A DNA stretch of 64,000 bases, taken from NCBI RefSeq assembly GCF_009914755.1, contig NC_060935.1; one strand, 5' to 3'. The position numbers and the translations under genes were made by a program. How positions within the stretch are numbered: position 1 is the first letter of the stretch; each line of letters opens with the position of its first letter. The stretch comes from the human T2T-CHM13v2.0 reference genome, Homo sapiens. Under the pieces are notes generated by a model. The model saw only the letters and a program-made list of their open reading frames with translations, did no database searches and was not told the origin of the DNA. This document shows, in pieces, positions 1 through 12,121 of this stretch.

Positions 1-2285
1 AAGAGGGCTTGAAGAATGAGTGGAGTTCAGTAGATGAACACAGGGAAAGGATGTTCCAGGCAGAGTAAATGGCATGATATTTTGTAGTACACACACTCCA
101 GGCAACTGGTTGTTTATAGCCAGTGTCTGCTATGATTAGTCATGGATTGGTTGTGAGATATTATGAATATCAACCTTAAGTAAAAACAAGAAGACAGGAA
201 AGGACAGACCACACTAAGATAACAGTGTGAGTTACCAGATTCTTGAATCTCTATGAAGGATGGCAGGCAGATGGCATGCATACCAGCACTGACTCCTATG
301 CCCACAGCAGATCCAAGTAATCAATCACAGCACTCTCTCCAGTGTCACCCAGAAACAACCTGCTCAGCAAAGAGCTCTAGGCCATCACCACAAAGTAATA
401 GGAGCTGGCATCATCCTGGGTTGCATATTACAGCTTCCATTGCCTTACCACCTCCTCCCCCATCAATGCCACATCATCTGGATTCAGTCTCCGACATCCC
501 AATGAAAGCATTCTCACTAAGATTTCCATTGCCTTCCTCCTCACCAGATTCAGAAGTCCCCATTCTGATTTAATACCACACTCGCTTCCTCCTGCAAACT
601 CTTGCTGCTTCCTCCCTGAATCCAGTGTACCTGCTCTCTCTCCTTCATTTGCATGCCTTCAAGTTCTGTCTATGCTTTCTTCCCACTGTTTCACATCTGG
701 ACCCTTTCCACAGTAAATCCTCTAGCCCAGGCCTTACTGATCTAATCTCCGAGTCAGAGAAGCCAGCCATCCATCCTCACTCCTCTGAAAGGAAGTCATC
801 CTCCCCTATGGCCTTCCTTATCAGTACAGGTTAGCAAGCATTTAAAGCTCAGCTCAGCTTTCAGGGACAAAATTATGTATTATTGAGGTTTCCTGCAGTC
901 ACCCTGCAGCAACTTGTAATGCCCAGAACCATCTGGCTGCTTTAGTCCTCGGGAGCCTCAGTGATGAAAGGCACAGCCAAGCAAGAGGGTGAAGCTACCA
1001 GTGAAAATAAAATTAAGAATTTATTTATCGATTTCAAACAATCTATGTCCCCAGAACTCCAGCATACAGCTCCTCTGGCAAGTGAATATAAAAAATGTAC
1101 AACCAATACATGCATACACACCATAAAACCCCACATGGTTTTGCTAGGTCTAAGCTATTCATGTATTTTGCAAAAGAGAAACCACTACAAAATATTTAAT
1201 ATGTGTTCACTTCACAGGTGGCTTCTTTTTTCCTAAAGTGGGATGACTTCAGACCCAGGATAGTCAGGCAAGGATGTCAAATACACCATCTAGACCCTGT
1301 CCAGATGACTATACTTCCCCCAAATAGCCATGAGGGGGACAAGGAAAAGCAACTGGTGGTTCAAGCGTTTCGTGTGCAGGGCGACTTCCCAGAGTGCTTG
1401 CACTGAAGACAGTGCTCATCCCAGGCTCAGGCTTCCTGGAGTAGTGCTGGCCATGCATCAACCAGAACTATTGATTCCCGTCATTGCTATTTTCTGGTAG
1501 AAAGTGGGGTATTTGTCTTAGGTTAATTTTAAAAGGACTATGAGAAAGAACTGTGTTATTAGAAAAGTGAAGGCATGTGAAATAACTCTGAAGACTATGC
1601 TGCTTCCAGATACTGAGGGGACAAAACTTCCAGTCAATGGGCAAGAAAATAACTCCAAAGACCCAAGGAAGGTACAGCCCTGGTATCCTGGAAAATGTGC
1701 AGCTGCTGAGGAGGGTAGAGAGTTGGCCATGGAAAATGGCCAGCCTGTCCTCTCTCAGATAATCCTATGTCCCTTCCCAAACCACATTTTCACTTCTTCA
1801 TCTTCCACAGTAGATGCCCCAGACAAGAAAAAGTACAGGACAAAACCCTTCAGGGTCGCTCCCAATAGAAAGAGCACCTGCAAGAAAGTTACTCTCTGGC
1901 AGAACACATTCCTTGTACACTGGGAACCTGAAAATGTGGGCAAACAAACAGAGGTGAAAGTGATCTGTGAGTTGGTTGGCTTCCTTGGCACTGTTATTCA
2001 GGATCATCACTTGGACACTACTGTTAAGTGAATAAGGAGTGAATTAATAAATGAATTTTTCTATTGTTAGAATTTCCACTTTTTAAGTCTCTCATTCATT
2101 CTAAACAAAAGGAGAAATCATTGAAACAAATATTGACTGAAGACTTACTTTATATCAGGAATATTTAATTATCATAAAAACCCACCAAAGGAGATATGAT
2201 TTTCCCTATCTTAGAAACATGGAAGCTGAGTCTCAGAGGAAAATTCTGAACTGAGTCAGTCTCCCAAACACAAGCCCCAGTGCAT

Positions 2286-2421
2286 TTTCCTTTTTATTTT
2301 TCCTCCTCCTTCTCTTCTTCCTCCTCTCCCACCTCTTTCTTTTCCTCCTACTCTTCCTCTGCTTTAATCTCTTCCTTTTCCTTCTCCCCTTCCTCTTTCT
2401 TTTCTTCTTCCCCTTCCCTAA
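2286..2421. repeat. CT-rich polypyrimidine low-complexity tract
   Basis: Almost pure C/T run of TTCC/CTT/CTC motifs; explains the K/R-rich minus-strand ORF 2233..2502. Confidence 0.9.
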
Positions 2422-2540
2422 CTTTTTAGTTCTTACATAGATCCAAGCTTTATATGCACAAAGATTAAAGTGTGAAATATTTCTACAAACCTTATAAAAC
2501 ATATATATTCCCTTTCTATAGGAGTATCCTGCTCCACCTC

Positions 2541-2879
2541 TGTGATGGTTAATATTTCATGTCAACTTGATTAGATTGAAGGATGCAAAGTGCTGATCCT
2601 GGCTGTGTCTGTGAGGGCATTGCCAAAGGAGATTAACATTTGAGTCAGTGGACTGGGAAAGGTAGACCCACCCTCAATCCGGGTGGGCCCCATCTAATCA
2701 GCTGCCAGTGTGGTCAGAATAAAAGCAGCAGAAGAACCTGGAAAGACTACACTGGCTTAGTCTCCCAGCCTACATCTTTCTCCCACGCTGGATGCTTCCT
2801 GCCCTTGAACATTGGACTCCAAGTTCTACCTTCGACCACAGACTGAAGGCTGCACTGTTAGCTTCTCTACTTTTGAGGT
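2541..2879 (+). mobile_element. MLT2A-type (ERVL) LTR, 3'-truncated
   Basis: Starts TGTGATGGTTAAT...GTCAACTTGATTAGATTGAAGGATGCAAAG...GAGATTAACATTTGAGTCAGTGGACTGGG, matching the recalled MLT2A consensus. Confidence 0.85.
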
Positions 2880-2904
2880 ATGACGGCATTATTGTATATT
2901 ACCA

Positions 2905-3455
2905 TAATACCATATGATACCCAAGAAATTTAACATTGATAGACCTATTATCTAATATACATTCCATGTTTAAACTTTCCCAATTATCCAATCATGTCCT
3001 TTATAGCTCTTTGTTCATTTTCTGATTCATAATCCAATCTGAGCTCAAGCATTGCATTTGCTTGTTATATATCTTTTTGGTCTCCTTTGGTCTGGAACAT
3101 TCCCTCTACACACATATACCCTTTTTTGTTTTTTAAATCATTGACATTTTTAGAGGATATGCTATTTGAGGTAGGAGATCTTATAATGTGAATGTGTCTG
3201 ATTAATATCTCTTTATTAGATTCAGGTCAAAGATGTTTGGCAAATACTACATAAGTGATGTTGTGCTCATCCCACTGCACTCCATCAAAAGCCACATAAT
3301 GTCAGTTTGCCCCATTATTGGTAATTCTAAGTGTGGTCACTTGATTAAGGTGGCATCTGCCATATTTCTCCATCGTAAAAGTACTTCATTCGTTTGTAAT
3401 TAATAAGTAATGTGTGGGTGTTACTCCAAGGCCATGTGAATATCTGCTTTCCCAA
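2905..3455 (-). mobile_element. Ancient L1M (L1MC/L1ME-type) 3' region fragment
   Basis: AT-rich; AAGAAATTTAACATTGAT, CATTGCATTTG..GTCTCCTTT..TCTGGAACA and CACTTGATTAAGGTGG resemble antisense L1MC 3'UTR; boundaries approximate. Confidence 0.65.
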
Positions 3456-5441
3456 ATTGTTGTTGTCTTTTAATCGCTGCAATTATTGTAATCCCTCCCT
3501 TACAGATTCAAGCAGTAATCAGAAGACAGAGGCATGGTCTTCATTCACTTCACTCTCTCTGCAAATCCCATTTGGCACTGGTTAATGATAATGAAGCCTT
3601 TGGCACTTTTTTCCTATAGATGCACTTACAGGATAGAACTCCATTTCTAAAATGCATTCCACCAAAGCACAGTGAAAGCAATTACCAATACTCAATTACT
3701 CCAGCTTCACTCCATCACTGTAGATACTCTTAAATGCTATGCAAGGGTGGTTTTGAATATCCTGAATGTGGAAATTGGTTTACAATAACAAAGAGAGGCT
3801 CAGAAATCTTTGATGGCTCCCAAGAACTACCCGATACAACCCAAACTCCTTATCTGGCACTCAGGCTCAACCAGATCTGGCCCCAGCTCCCACCCCTCTC
3901 CCATGACTTCCCTACCTCTCGGACCAAACTGAACTTTTCTCTTCTTCTTCTACACCCCCATGCTTTTCCCTTGCCCATTCTGAATCCTCTGTCTTGAATG
4001 CCCCGATTCTCATCTTTCACAAGTGTTTGCTAAAGAAAAGAAAAAAAAAAGCTTCCTCCTTTTCTGACTTCTCTTAATCTGTGACAATTAGGGCCCTTGG
4101 TATCTAAATGGCACACTGAGCTTGTTTTCAGAACATCAGTGAAGTTCTAATACCAAAATATTTTTGAAACAATTTGATATCCAAAGAAAGATTTTTTAAA
4201 CATTTAAGTAGTTATCATGGGAACAATTAGAACTGCTGGAATTGTTTTTATATATTCATAATTTAATATATTTTTATTTTGCATTACATTCAGGAAAGAG
4301 GGGAAGGGAGCACTGTGATTCTTAGGACCCAATACATCTTAATCTAGCCTTGGGTGAAAACTCTAAGAACAGAATTGGTGTTATTTCTCCCCTAGCCCCA
4401 GGCCTAGCATCATGTGCTATGCATGGTAACTGCTCAATAAGTAGTTACTGAACAATGGAGAGAAAGCTTGGAGTCACATCAATTGTTTGTGCTCCTTTGA
4501 AGACGGAATGACTTTCCCCCCTCTCCATGCCTCCAGTCATTTCTCCCTCAGCACATCTCATCAGAAATAAATAGAGGCCTCAGCCCTTTGTGCCTAGCCA
4601 CTGGCAGAGAGCAGAGGACTGGCCACAGGCCTTTGGCCACATGCTGGCATATCTGAATTCAAGACCTTCACTGCCCTGTGATTAACACATGCGCTACTCC
4701 ATCCTCTGTGGGAAACTGAAAGATCCTGTTCATGGTGACAATTGGAGAGCAATCTCCCTTCTTTGGCTATATCTGGGGTCACTCCCAGCACCACGCAGAA
4801 AGAGTATTTGTATAAGACACAGCATCGGTGGTCACATCCTCTGAGAAGCCTTCTGAGGGCAGGACCTTCCAGCAGAGCCCCCAAGGTCCCTGGTTACAGC
4901 ATCAGAACACTCCAGACACTTCACTATGGCCCAGTGAGTACCAACTACATGCAGATGCTGGCCACAGCATGGAAAACTCAACACAAGGGAAGACTCAGCT
5001 GCAGCCCAAAAGGAGCATTACCACCAAGTCACAGAGACCACGCTGATGGATCTGAAGCACCCAAGATTCACACAAGGCAATGTGACATGAAGGGTGTGGA
5101 AAGCCTCACAATAGGAAAACCACCTTTAATGGGAGCCCATATTTTGCCTGGCACTAAAGTACACAAACTATTTTAACATCTGCTGTCTCAGTATACTCTC
5201 CCAGGGGCCCTGTGAGAAGGGCAGGTCAGAAGCATTAAATATGAAACCAGGTAAAGCTCCCTACCCTGGGTCGTCTCTGTGATAAGGCCTCACCATGTTC
5301 CAACCTCTATTCAGGTCACTTCTGCAAACCTTCCATGAGTACAGCTCATTTCCAGGCCTTGTACCAGGCCTGGGCATGCAGAAAGTCCCTTAGAACACAA
5401 ACTATATGCAAGGCACTCATGCCTTTAGAGATGCATTCCCT

Positions 5442-5478
5442 GCATTGGTGGTATAGTGGTGAGCATAGCTGCCTTCCA
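5442..5478 (+). pseudogene. 5'-half tRNA-Gly(TCC) tailless retropseudogene
   Basis: GCATTGGTGGTATAGTGGTGAGCATAGCTGCCTTCCA matches nt 1-37 of human tRNA-Gly-TCC (GCGTTGGTGGTATAGTGGTGAGCATAGCTGCCTTCCA) with 1 mismatch; flanked by direct repeats AGAGATGCATTCCCTG (5427-5442) and AGAGATGCATTTCCTG (5478-5493). Confidence 0.92.
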
Positions 5479-6465
5479 GAGATGCATTTCCTGGGTCTAA
5501 CCTGGGGCTCAGTGCAAGAAATAGAAATGAAGGTGCCTGCCTTTAAGGAGTTATCCAGCTATTGTGCCACTTTTCACACCACCTTGTGTGACCTGTTGGC
5601 CCATCTATCTTTTCTTCTAGGCTGCGATCTTCTCTAGAAAATGGGATCTCTGTGACTCCAGGGCAAATCTCAGGGCTGGGCACATTGCAACATCATTTCA
5701 AAGCCAGGCTTCTGTGATAGTGGACAGTCCCAGAGCTCAGCCCTATATATGCATTCGCTGAGCTCCATCCTCAGGCTTTCAGGCTGCAGGCCTTCCTGAC
5801 CCAGACTTCTGTGTACCACCTCTACATGCCTCTCTGTAGCTCTAACATGAGGATGGTGCCCGGACAGACACAACCGGCACTCTTTCCTCTCGGCGGGGCG
5901 TGCAGCTGGTACCGCCTTCCACTTGACTCCTGACAAAGACATGCGGCCTGCCAGGTGATGCAAGAGAGGGCCAGGCTGCAGCTGAAGGCCTTCTCTCCCG
6001 GGGGTTGTAAAAACAGGCTGCCCCTCCTTTTGGACTGAATGAGGTTTCTCGCTGTGAATAATGGCATTGAAGTATTCAAGGGCTGCATTCAGGAGCTGAA
6101 TCATGGAATCCCAGCCAAAGAATCTGCTGAAGACTGAAGGGACCGGCTGTCCAGCTTCACGCAGGGAGGGCTCCTTGAAGCTAATTACTGCCACCAGGCC
6201 CTGGTCTCAGACCTTACACACTGGTCTGCAAAGAGCTACAGCTCAAGGTTGCTGTGTCCCCGCAGCCAAGGCTGAAGCATGACCTAGCCAGTCCCCTACA
6301 GCTAACAGAGCGACCCCATACATGTGATCCCCAGAATAGGCCCCAGACAATCCTGAGGAGACCTGGCTAATGCAGTGGTTCTTTACTTCTGAGCCACTCA
6401 CCCCTCAGAAAATCTGAGAAAAGGCTTGGACTATCTCTCCAGAAAATGCATACATGTGCACACTG

Positions 6466-6833
6466 TGTTATGGAATGAAAGCTTCTGTTTCCACTAAAAT
6501 TGATAGGTTGGAACCTAATCCCCAATGTGATGATGTTTGAAGGTAGGGCCTTTGGGAGGTGATTGGATCATAAGGGTGGAGCCCTCATCAATGGTATATT
6601 GGTGCCCTTCTAAGAAGAGGCCAGAGAGCTCTCCCAGTCTCTTTTTGCCATGTGAGGATACAATGAGAAGTTGGCAGTAAACAACCCAGAAGAGGGCCCT
6701 CACCAGACCCGGACCACACTGGTACCCTGATCTGGGACTTTCAGCCCCCAGAACTATGAAAAATCAATTTCTGTTGTTTGTAAGCCATCCACTCTATGGT
6801 GCTTTGTTACAGCAGCTCAAACTGATCAACACA
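6466..6833 (+). mobile_element. MLT1A-type MaLR solo LTR
   Basis: TGTTATGG...CTAATCCCCAATGTGATG...GCCTTTGGGAGGTGATT...GCCATGTGAGGA...CCAGAACTATGA...TAAGCCA...CA end. Confidence 0.85.
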
Positions 6834-6930
6834 TATACATATGTATATGTATGCATACCATCATATGTATACACATGTCTACATATATACACACATACAT
6901 ATGTTTACATATATACATATACATACACAG
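6834..6930. repeat. Degenerate (CATA/TA/CA)n simple repeat
   Basis: Direct inspection. Confidence 0.85.
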
Positions 6931-7999
6931 AGTTACTCCCATAATTTTTACACATTCACAGATTCCCTAAAGCCCATCCAGAAGTCTAAGTTAAGAATTC
7001 TTTATTAAAGTCACCAAAGACGAAAGCCAATTTTTCCATCTGAAACCGCCTGCCCCCATGGGTTCAGGGCTGAGCCGTGTCTCCTGGGCAGGAGTAAAGG
7101 GTGAATTTAGCCCTAGGTCCAAGTGGCATGTGACCTCACACACAGTGTGGAGAGCAGTCTGTCTCATGATGGCCTGGCACTCTTGACCCCATCTCACAGC
7201 TGTCAGACTCCGCCTGACCCAGATCCGCCAGGAGGACAGACTGTTTTTCCTTGTGGAAATAGTTCATGGTGCTTGTCATTTACAGATTCTCTCTGGATTT
7301 CACTCAGAGATGGAGGAAAGCATCCAATCCTGTGGAAATTCTTTATTCTGAGTGCGGCAAAGAATTAGGAACAAGATGTGAAAGGGGGTCTGACCCTTAT
7401 TCTCACATATATGGGGACACACACAGGTACACACACATAGTTTCTTTCTGAGCCCAGTGCTGTGACAGTAAATCAGCCATATCTACATTATAGCTCAGCC
7501 CAGCTCAGACCTTATCCAACCTAATTTTAGTGACAGGTTCTTCATCCAAATTGGCAGTTTGCACAGGGACTGTGTTTAGAAGGTGCTACGGAGAGTCTGG
7601 CGGCACCTGAGGCCTGGGCTCGTTATGTGCCTTAACACAGTGGTATTACCATGCTCTGCTACTCTCCTAACCCATCTATCACATGGACACCAGGACACAC
7701 GGGTGCTGCCTAGAAAAAGGATGCCTCTCGACAAAGTCCCATAATGACACTAACTCCTCTCATCACTCAGGTGGCCCGTGTGTGTGATCTGTGTGTGTGT
7801 CTGTGTGCGTGGTACCTGTGCGTGTGCATCTGTGTACTTACACATACAGGCATGAAAACAGAAAAGGCACTGGATATTAAGTACAGATGAGACTCCATGT
7901 AGATTTCCCAACAGACAGACCCAGAACAACAGGCACCCCTCCCTTCTGGACCACAGAAATACATCTAGGGGAGAAAAGGGCAGCTGGATGAAGATGAGC

Positions 8000-8230
8000 T
8001 TGTAGTGTGGAGTCACGGACACTCAGACCTGGGCTCAAGTCCAAACTTGAGTGCTCACTCCCTGTGTGACCTTAGGGAAGGCACTGCATGTCTCTGAGCC
8101 TCAGTTCTTCTTCTGTAATATGGGAATCATAAACCTCCCTCCAAAGGCTGGCAGCAACAGATACGAGGCTTGAAGAAAAGGAATTAGCACAGTGCTTGGC
8201 ACATTGCAGAGGGTTGATAAACATCAGTTG
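8000..8230 (+). mobile_element. MIR SINE
   Basis: TGTGTGACCTTAGGGAAG..TCTCTGAGCCTCAGTT..TCTGTAATATGGGAATCATA..TAGCACAGTGCTTGGCACAT. Confidence 0.8.
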
Positions 8231-9909
8231 ACTTCCTGTCCCTTGCTCTGTTCTGAGCAACTCCTGATTGAATCATTTTGGGAGAATCTGACTCTGGTTT
8301 TTCAACCCTCCACTGGCCACAGGGTCTATCTCTTTCAAAGACGTGGGTTGTCCTTCCACATCCCACAAGAAGCTGAGATTGGCACATCTCAAAGAGGACT
8401 TAGGCAATAAAACTAATAAAGCTGTGCTTCCCAGAATGGAAAGCCTTGCCCCATACCTCTGCATTATGATTGAACTTTGTCTTCTCTGCCAAGCCTCAAG
8501 CTCCTGTTTTTCAAGTAATCCAATCTGTTTTGTTCAAGACAAAGGACAAGAGGATTTTATGGAATGAGAAGTCAGTTTATTTCCCGGGACGTTTACATAG
8601 GTCACAGTAAAACAGTTTTATGTCTCCAATGACATTTCTTCTGGGACTGTTCAGGGGGAACATAATTTATTTATTTATTTTTTTTGTAAAGCTTTAAAGG
8701 TGGTTGTTCTTTTGTTGTAAGTGGGACTGAAATGTGTTTCTAGGCAGCTACAGGGAACTCACTCTGATGGGACTTCTAGGAAAAAAGGCACAAGGCTTGA
8801 ATGGGTCACGGGTGGAAAATGGGGCAAACTACTGGTGAGCAGCTCAGACCCTGAGTGCTGGTTCCCCCCAAGGGCCAGGAGAAGCCACTGGGAGTGAGGG
8901 GACCCTGTTGCTGTGAGATGCCTTGTGATTACAGAGGAGGAGGCTGGAACAGAGAAGGGGGCTTTCTAAAATACGCTCACTTAAAGAGAAACTTGGACCC
9001 AAACCCATCCAATGATTCCCACATCACAGAAGAGGAAACTGAGGCTCAGAAACATGAAGTCACTTATCTAAGTCACACAGGGAGTAAGTGTTGGGGCCTA
9101 TGCTTAAACCATATCTAGGTACTGGAGCTCCAAAACCCATGCTTGCAATTGCCTGCCCCAGGCTGGCCCTGCAGGGAAATCCCCTCTGAGTTGCAGGCAG
9201 AGGCTCCCCATTTGGAATAGCAGAAATGCTTTCCTTTACACAGCAGAATTCCTGAAGCCACCTCCAAGGAAGCAGCCTCCCTGAGCACTCCCCTTGTAAT
9301 GACAATGGATGGCAGGCCTCCCTTGTGGCCAAGGGTCACCAATCCTGGCATCTCTGAGCGTGAATAAGAACAGCTGTTACACAGAGGAATCAGTTTTCTA
9401 AATGTGAAATTTCACATTTCCCATTGCTTGTCACCCATCGGATTGCAGCCACAAGCCACTAGTCCTGCGACCCCTTCCTACTCTTGCCCTACAAATGGAA
9501 AACTCAAGGAAACCATCAGTAGTTCAAATAGACTTCTACTTTTGGCCTGCCAGCTGACCTGTGCTCCCAGCTGCTTCCATCTGGCTGCTGGTAGAGGGAC
9601 TGGAGGTTACAGAAGAGGCTGATGGCACCAAGACAGACTCAACTGAGTGGCAGCAGAGGCAGGAGCAACCAGAGCAGAGCAGGCTGGAGCCCAGAGCCTA
9701 AGAAGGTCCCAAGAGTGAGGGCAAGTGAAGGATCTGGACCAGGAGGCAGAGGTTTGGTTGCTCATGGGAGGATGAAGGACCAGGAATCCAAAAGTGGACC
9801 GAAACCAAGAGACAATTTAGCCATGGGAAAAGACAGATCCTATGAAGGAGAACAGCCATTATTTATCAAGAGCCAACTGTGCACTACGCTTGTGTGGTCC
9901 AAATGAGAG

Positions 9910-10140
9910 GCATTACAGAGGCCAGATCCAGAGCCCGCATTCAAGTTTTGAATCTGCCACTTTCTAGCTGCGGGTCTTTGAGCAAGTCACTTCACTTTTC
10001 TGTTGGCTCAGCTATGCACTCTGTAAACTGAGAATAGGGGCCTCTCCTAAGATACCATGAGAATAATATGAGGTCACCCTGCAAAGGGCTTGGTACTAGG
10101 CACAGCAAATGACCCGTACTCAGTAAATGTGGGCTATTAG
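9910..10140 (+). mobile_element. MIR SINE (followed by an antisense MIR fragment)
   Basis: TCTGCCACTTTCTAGCTGCGGGTCTTTGAGCAAGTCACTTCAC..CTGTAAACTGAGAATA. Confidence 0.7.
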
Positions 10141-10359
10141 TATGAGTCTTCACAACCCAAGAGCCAGGAATTGATAGTCCCATTTTATAGACAAATAGAT
10201 TAATACTCCTGTTTTACAAAAAAGGGTGGGGGGGATGGGGAATTCCTGGAGGTTCGGATACACCCTAGGTCACACACCTGTGACTGGCAGACACAGGTTG
10301 GAACCTAAGTCTCTGTGTGCCCCAATTCCCCCTGCTCTCTCTGTATGCTGCCCACCTGT

Positions 10360-10800
10360 CAGCCTCAATGAGCAAAACTACATACCCCCTGCCCTTGTGG
10401 GGCTTACGTTCTAGTGTGTGGGCAGAGAGGGACAACAAAACAAATAAACCCACAATGATGAGATGAGTCAGGTGGGCGATAAGTGACACAGAGAAATGGA
10501 GTTGGGTTGGGAGATAGAGAAGGATGGGCCACGGGCTCTCTGATGGCGGTGGCCAGGGAAGGCCTCTCTGACCAGATGAAACCTAACCAAAGACCTGAAC
10601 ACGGGAAAGGAAGGAAGCCTTGTGGCTGTCTGGGAGGAAGAGCATTCCCAGGAGCAGGAAGAGCAAATGCAGAGCCCCTCGTGGGAGCAGATCACTGGGC
10701 AGGAAGGAAGGGCCCTGAAAGGCCAGGTAGCACGGCCCCATGAGGGAGAGAGGTAGTGGGAGGAGAGGTGGGTCCCTCAACGGGAGAGAGGCAACTCAGC
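10360..10800 (-). mobile_element. L2 LINE fragment
   Basis: CCCTGCCCTTGTGGGGCTTACGTTCTAGT..GGCCAGGGAAGGCCTCTCTGA..AGAGCATTCCAGG..GCAAATGCAGAGCCC, typical antisense L2 3' region. Confidence 0.75.
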
Positions 10801-11227
10801 AAGGAGCCCATGCAGAGCTAGAGGATCATAGTTTCTGGGCGGGCCCAGTCACCTGCAGGATAAGTGACAGGTGAGGTCCCTGAGGAGCTGGGATAAACAG
10901 CAGGGAAGCAGTCTAGGAGTATATGGGGCTGGGCCCTGAGTGTGACAGGGACAGCAGTGAGATGGGCCGTCACCACAGCCGCCTTCTAGCCCCTGATCAG
11001 GCACAGGGCCCTCAGAGCTGCTAAGTGGGCCCAGCTGGAAGGGAAGGATGTGTAGGGACAGGGAGCACAGTCAACCTATACAATGTAAAACACTGAAGAG
11101 CAAACACCTTTAGACACCCTGAAAATCAAAGGAATTTCTCCCAAATAGCCCATCCCTGGAATGTTGGAGCAAAGAAGGCCTGGACTTAAATTCTCGTCTC
11201 AGCACTAAGTGGCCTTAGAAAATTCCT

Positions 11228-11549
<322 letters not shown>

Positions 11550-11764
11550 TCAGAGTCTGCCTTTCCTCATCATTAATAAGACCCATGCTGCAGGGGCACT
11601 GTTGGGGCTAGACAGGGCCAAACACCCAGAATGTGCTGGCACATAGTAGGTTCTCTACTATTGGTTACTGTTCCCACTCCTATTAGGACATATGGATGTG
11701 CTAAAGCTAAGGGGTAAATCATGGCCACGGCTGACGCTAGCTGACTGAGCTGCAATATGTCCAG

Positions 11765-12121
11765 TGCAATGGACTGAATGTATATGAACCCACAAAGTTC
11801 ATACGGTGAAATCCTAACCCCCAAGGTGGTGGTACTAGGAGGTGGGGGGTGATTAGGTTATGAGGGCAGAGCCCTCATCAATGAGATTATTGCCCTTATA
11901 AAAGGAATCCCAGAGAGCTCTCTTGTCCCTTCAGCCATGTGAGGACACGGTGAGAAGATGGCTGTCTATGAACCAGGAAGAGGACCCTCACCAGACACTG
12001 AACCTGCTGGGGCTTTGATCTTGGACTTCCAGCCTCCAGAACTATAAAAAACAAATTCTTTTGTTTATAAGCCACCCAGTCTACAGTGTCTTATTTATAG
12101 CAGCCTGAACAGACTAAGATA
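11765..12121 (+). mobile_element. MLT1A0-type MaLR solo LTR
   Basis: TGCAATGGACTGAATG...GCCATGTGAGGACACGGTGAGAAGATGGCTGTCTATGAACCAGGAAG...CAGACTAAGATA; near-perfect 5-bp TSD TCCAG/CCCAG. Confidence 0.9.

Larger units (their letters stand above)
6373..7001. mobile_element. Charlie4z-like hAT MITE interrupted by an MLT1A LTR and a CATA repeat
   Basis: CAGTGGTT...AATCTGAGAAAAGGCTTGGACTATCTCTCCAGAAAATGCA left of the LTR; TTCACAGATTCCCTAAAGCCCATCCA...GTTAAGAAT right of it. Confidence 0.65.

Noticed and set aside
2233-2502. Lys/Arg-rich ORF resembling an NLS or protamine
   Set aside because: Artefact of the CT-rich low-complexity tract
5442-5478. Functional tRNA-Gly gene
   Set aside because: 3' half, T-arm/B-box and terminator are all absent
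5670-6194. 174-aa ORF, and similar 120-180 aa ORFs at 1540, 25569-26719, 38641, 40342, 43036 and 49437
   Set aside because: No recognisable domains; many use non-ATG starts and overlap on both strands; no convincing splice-site pairs; expected by chance at this base composition
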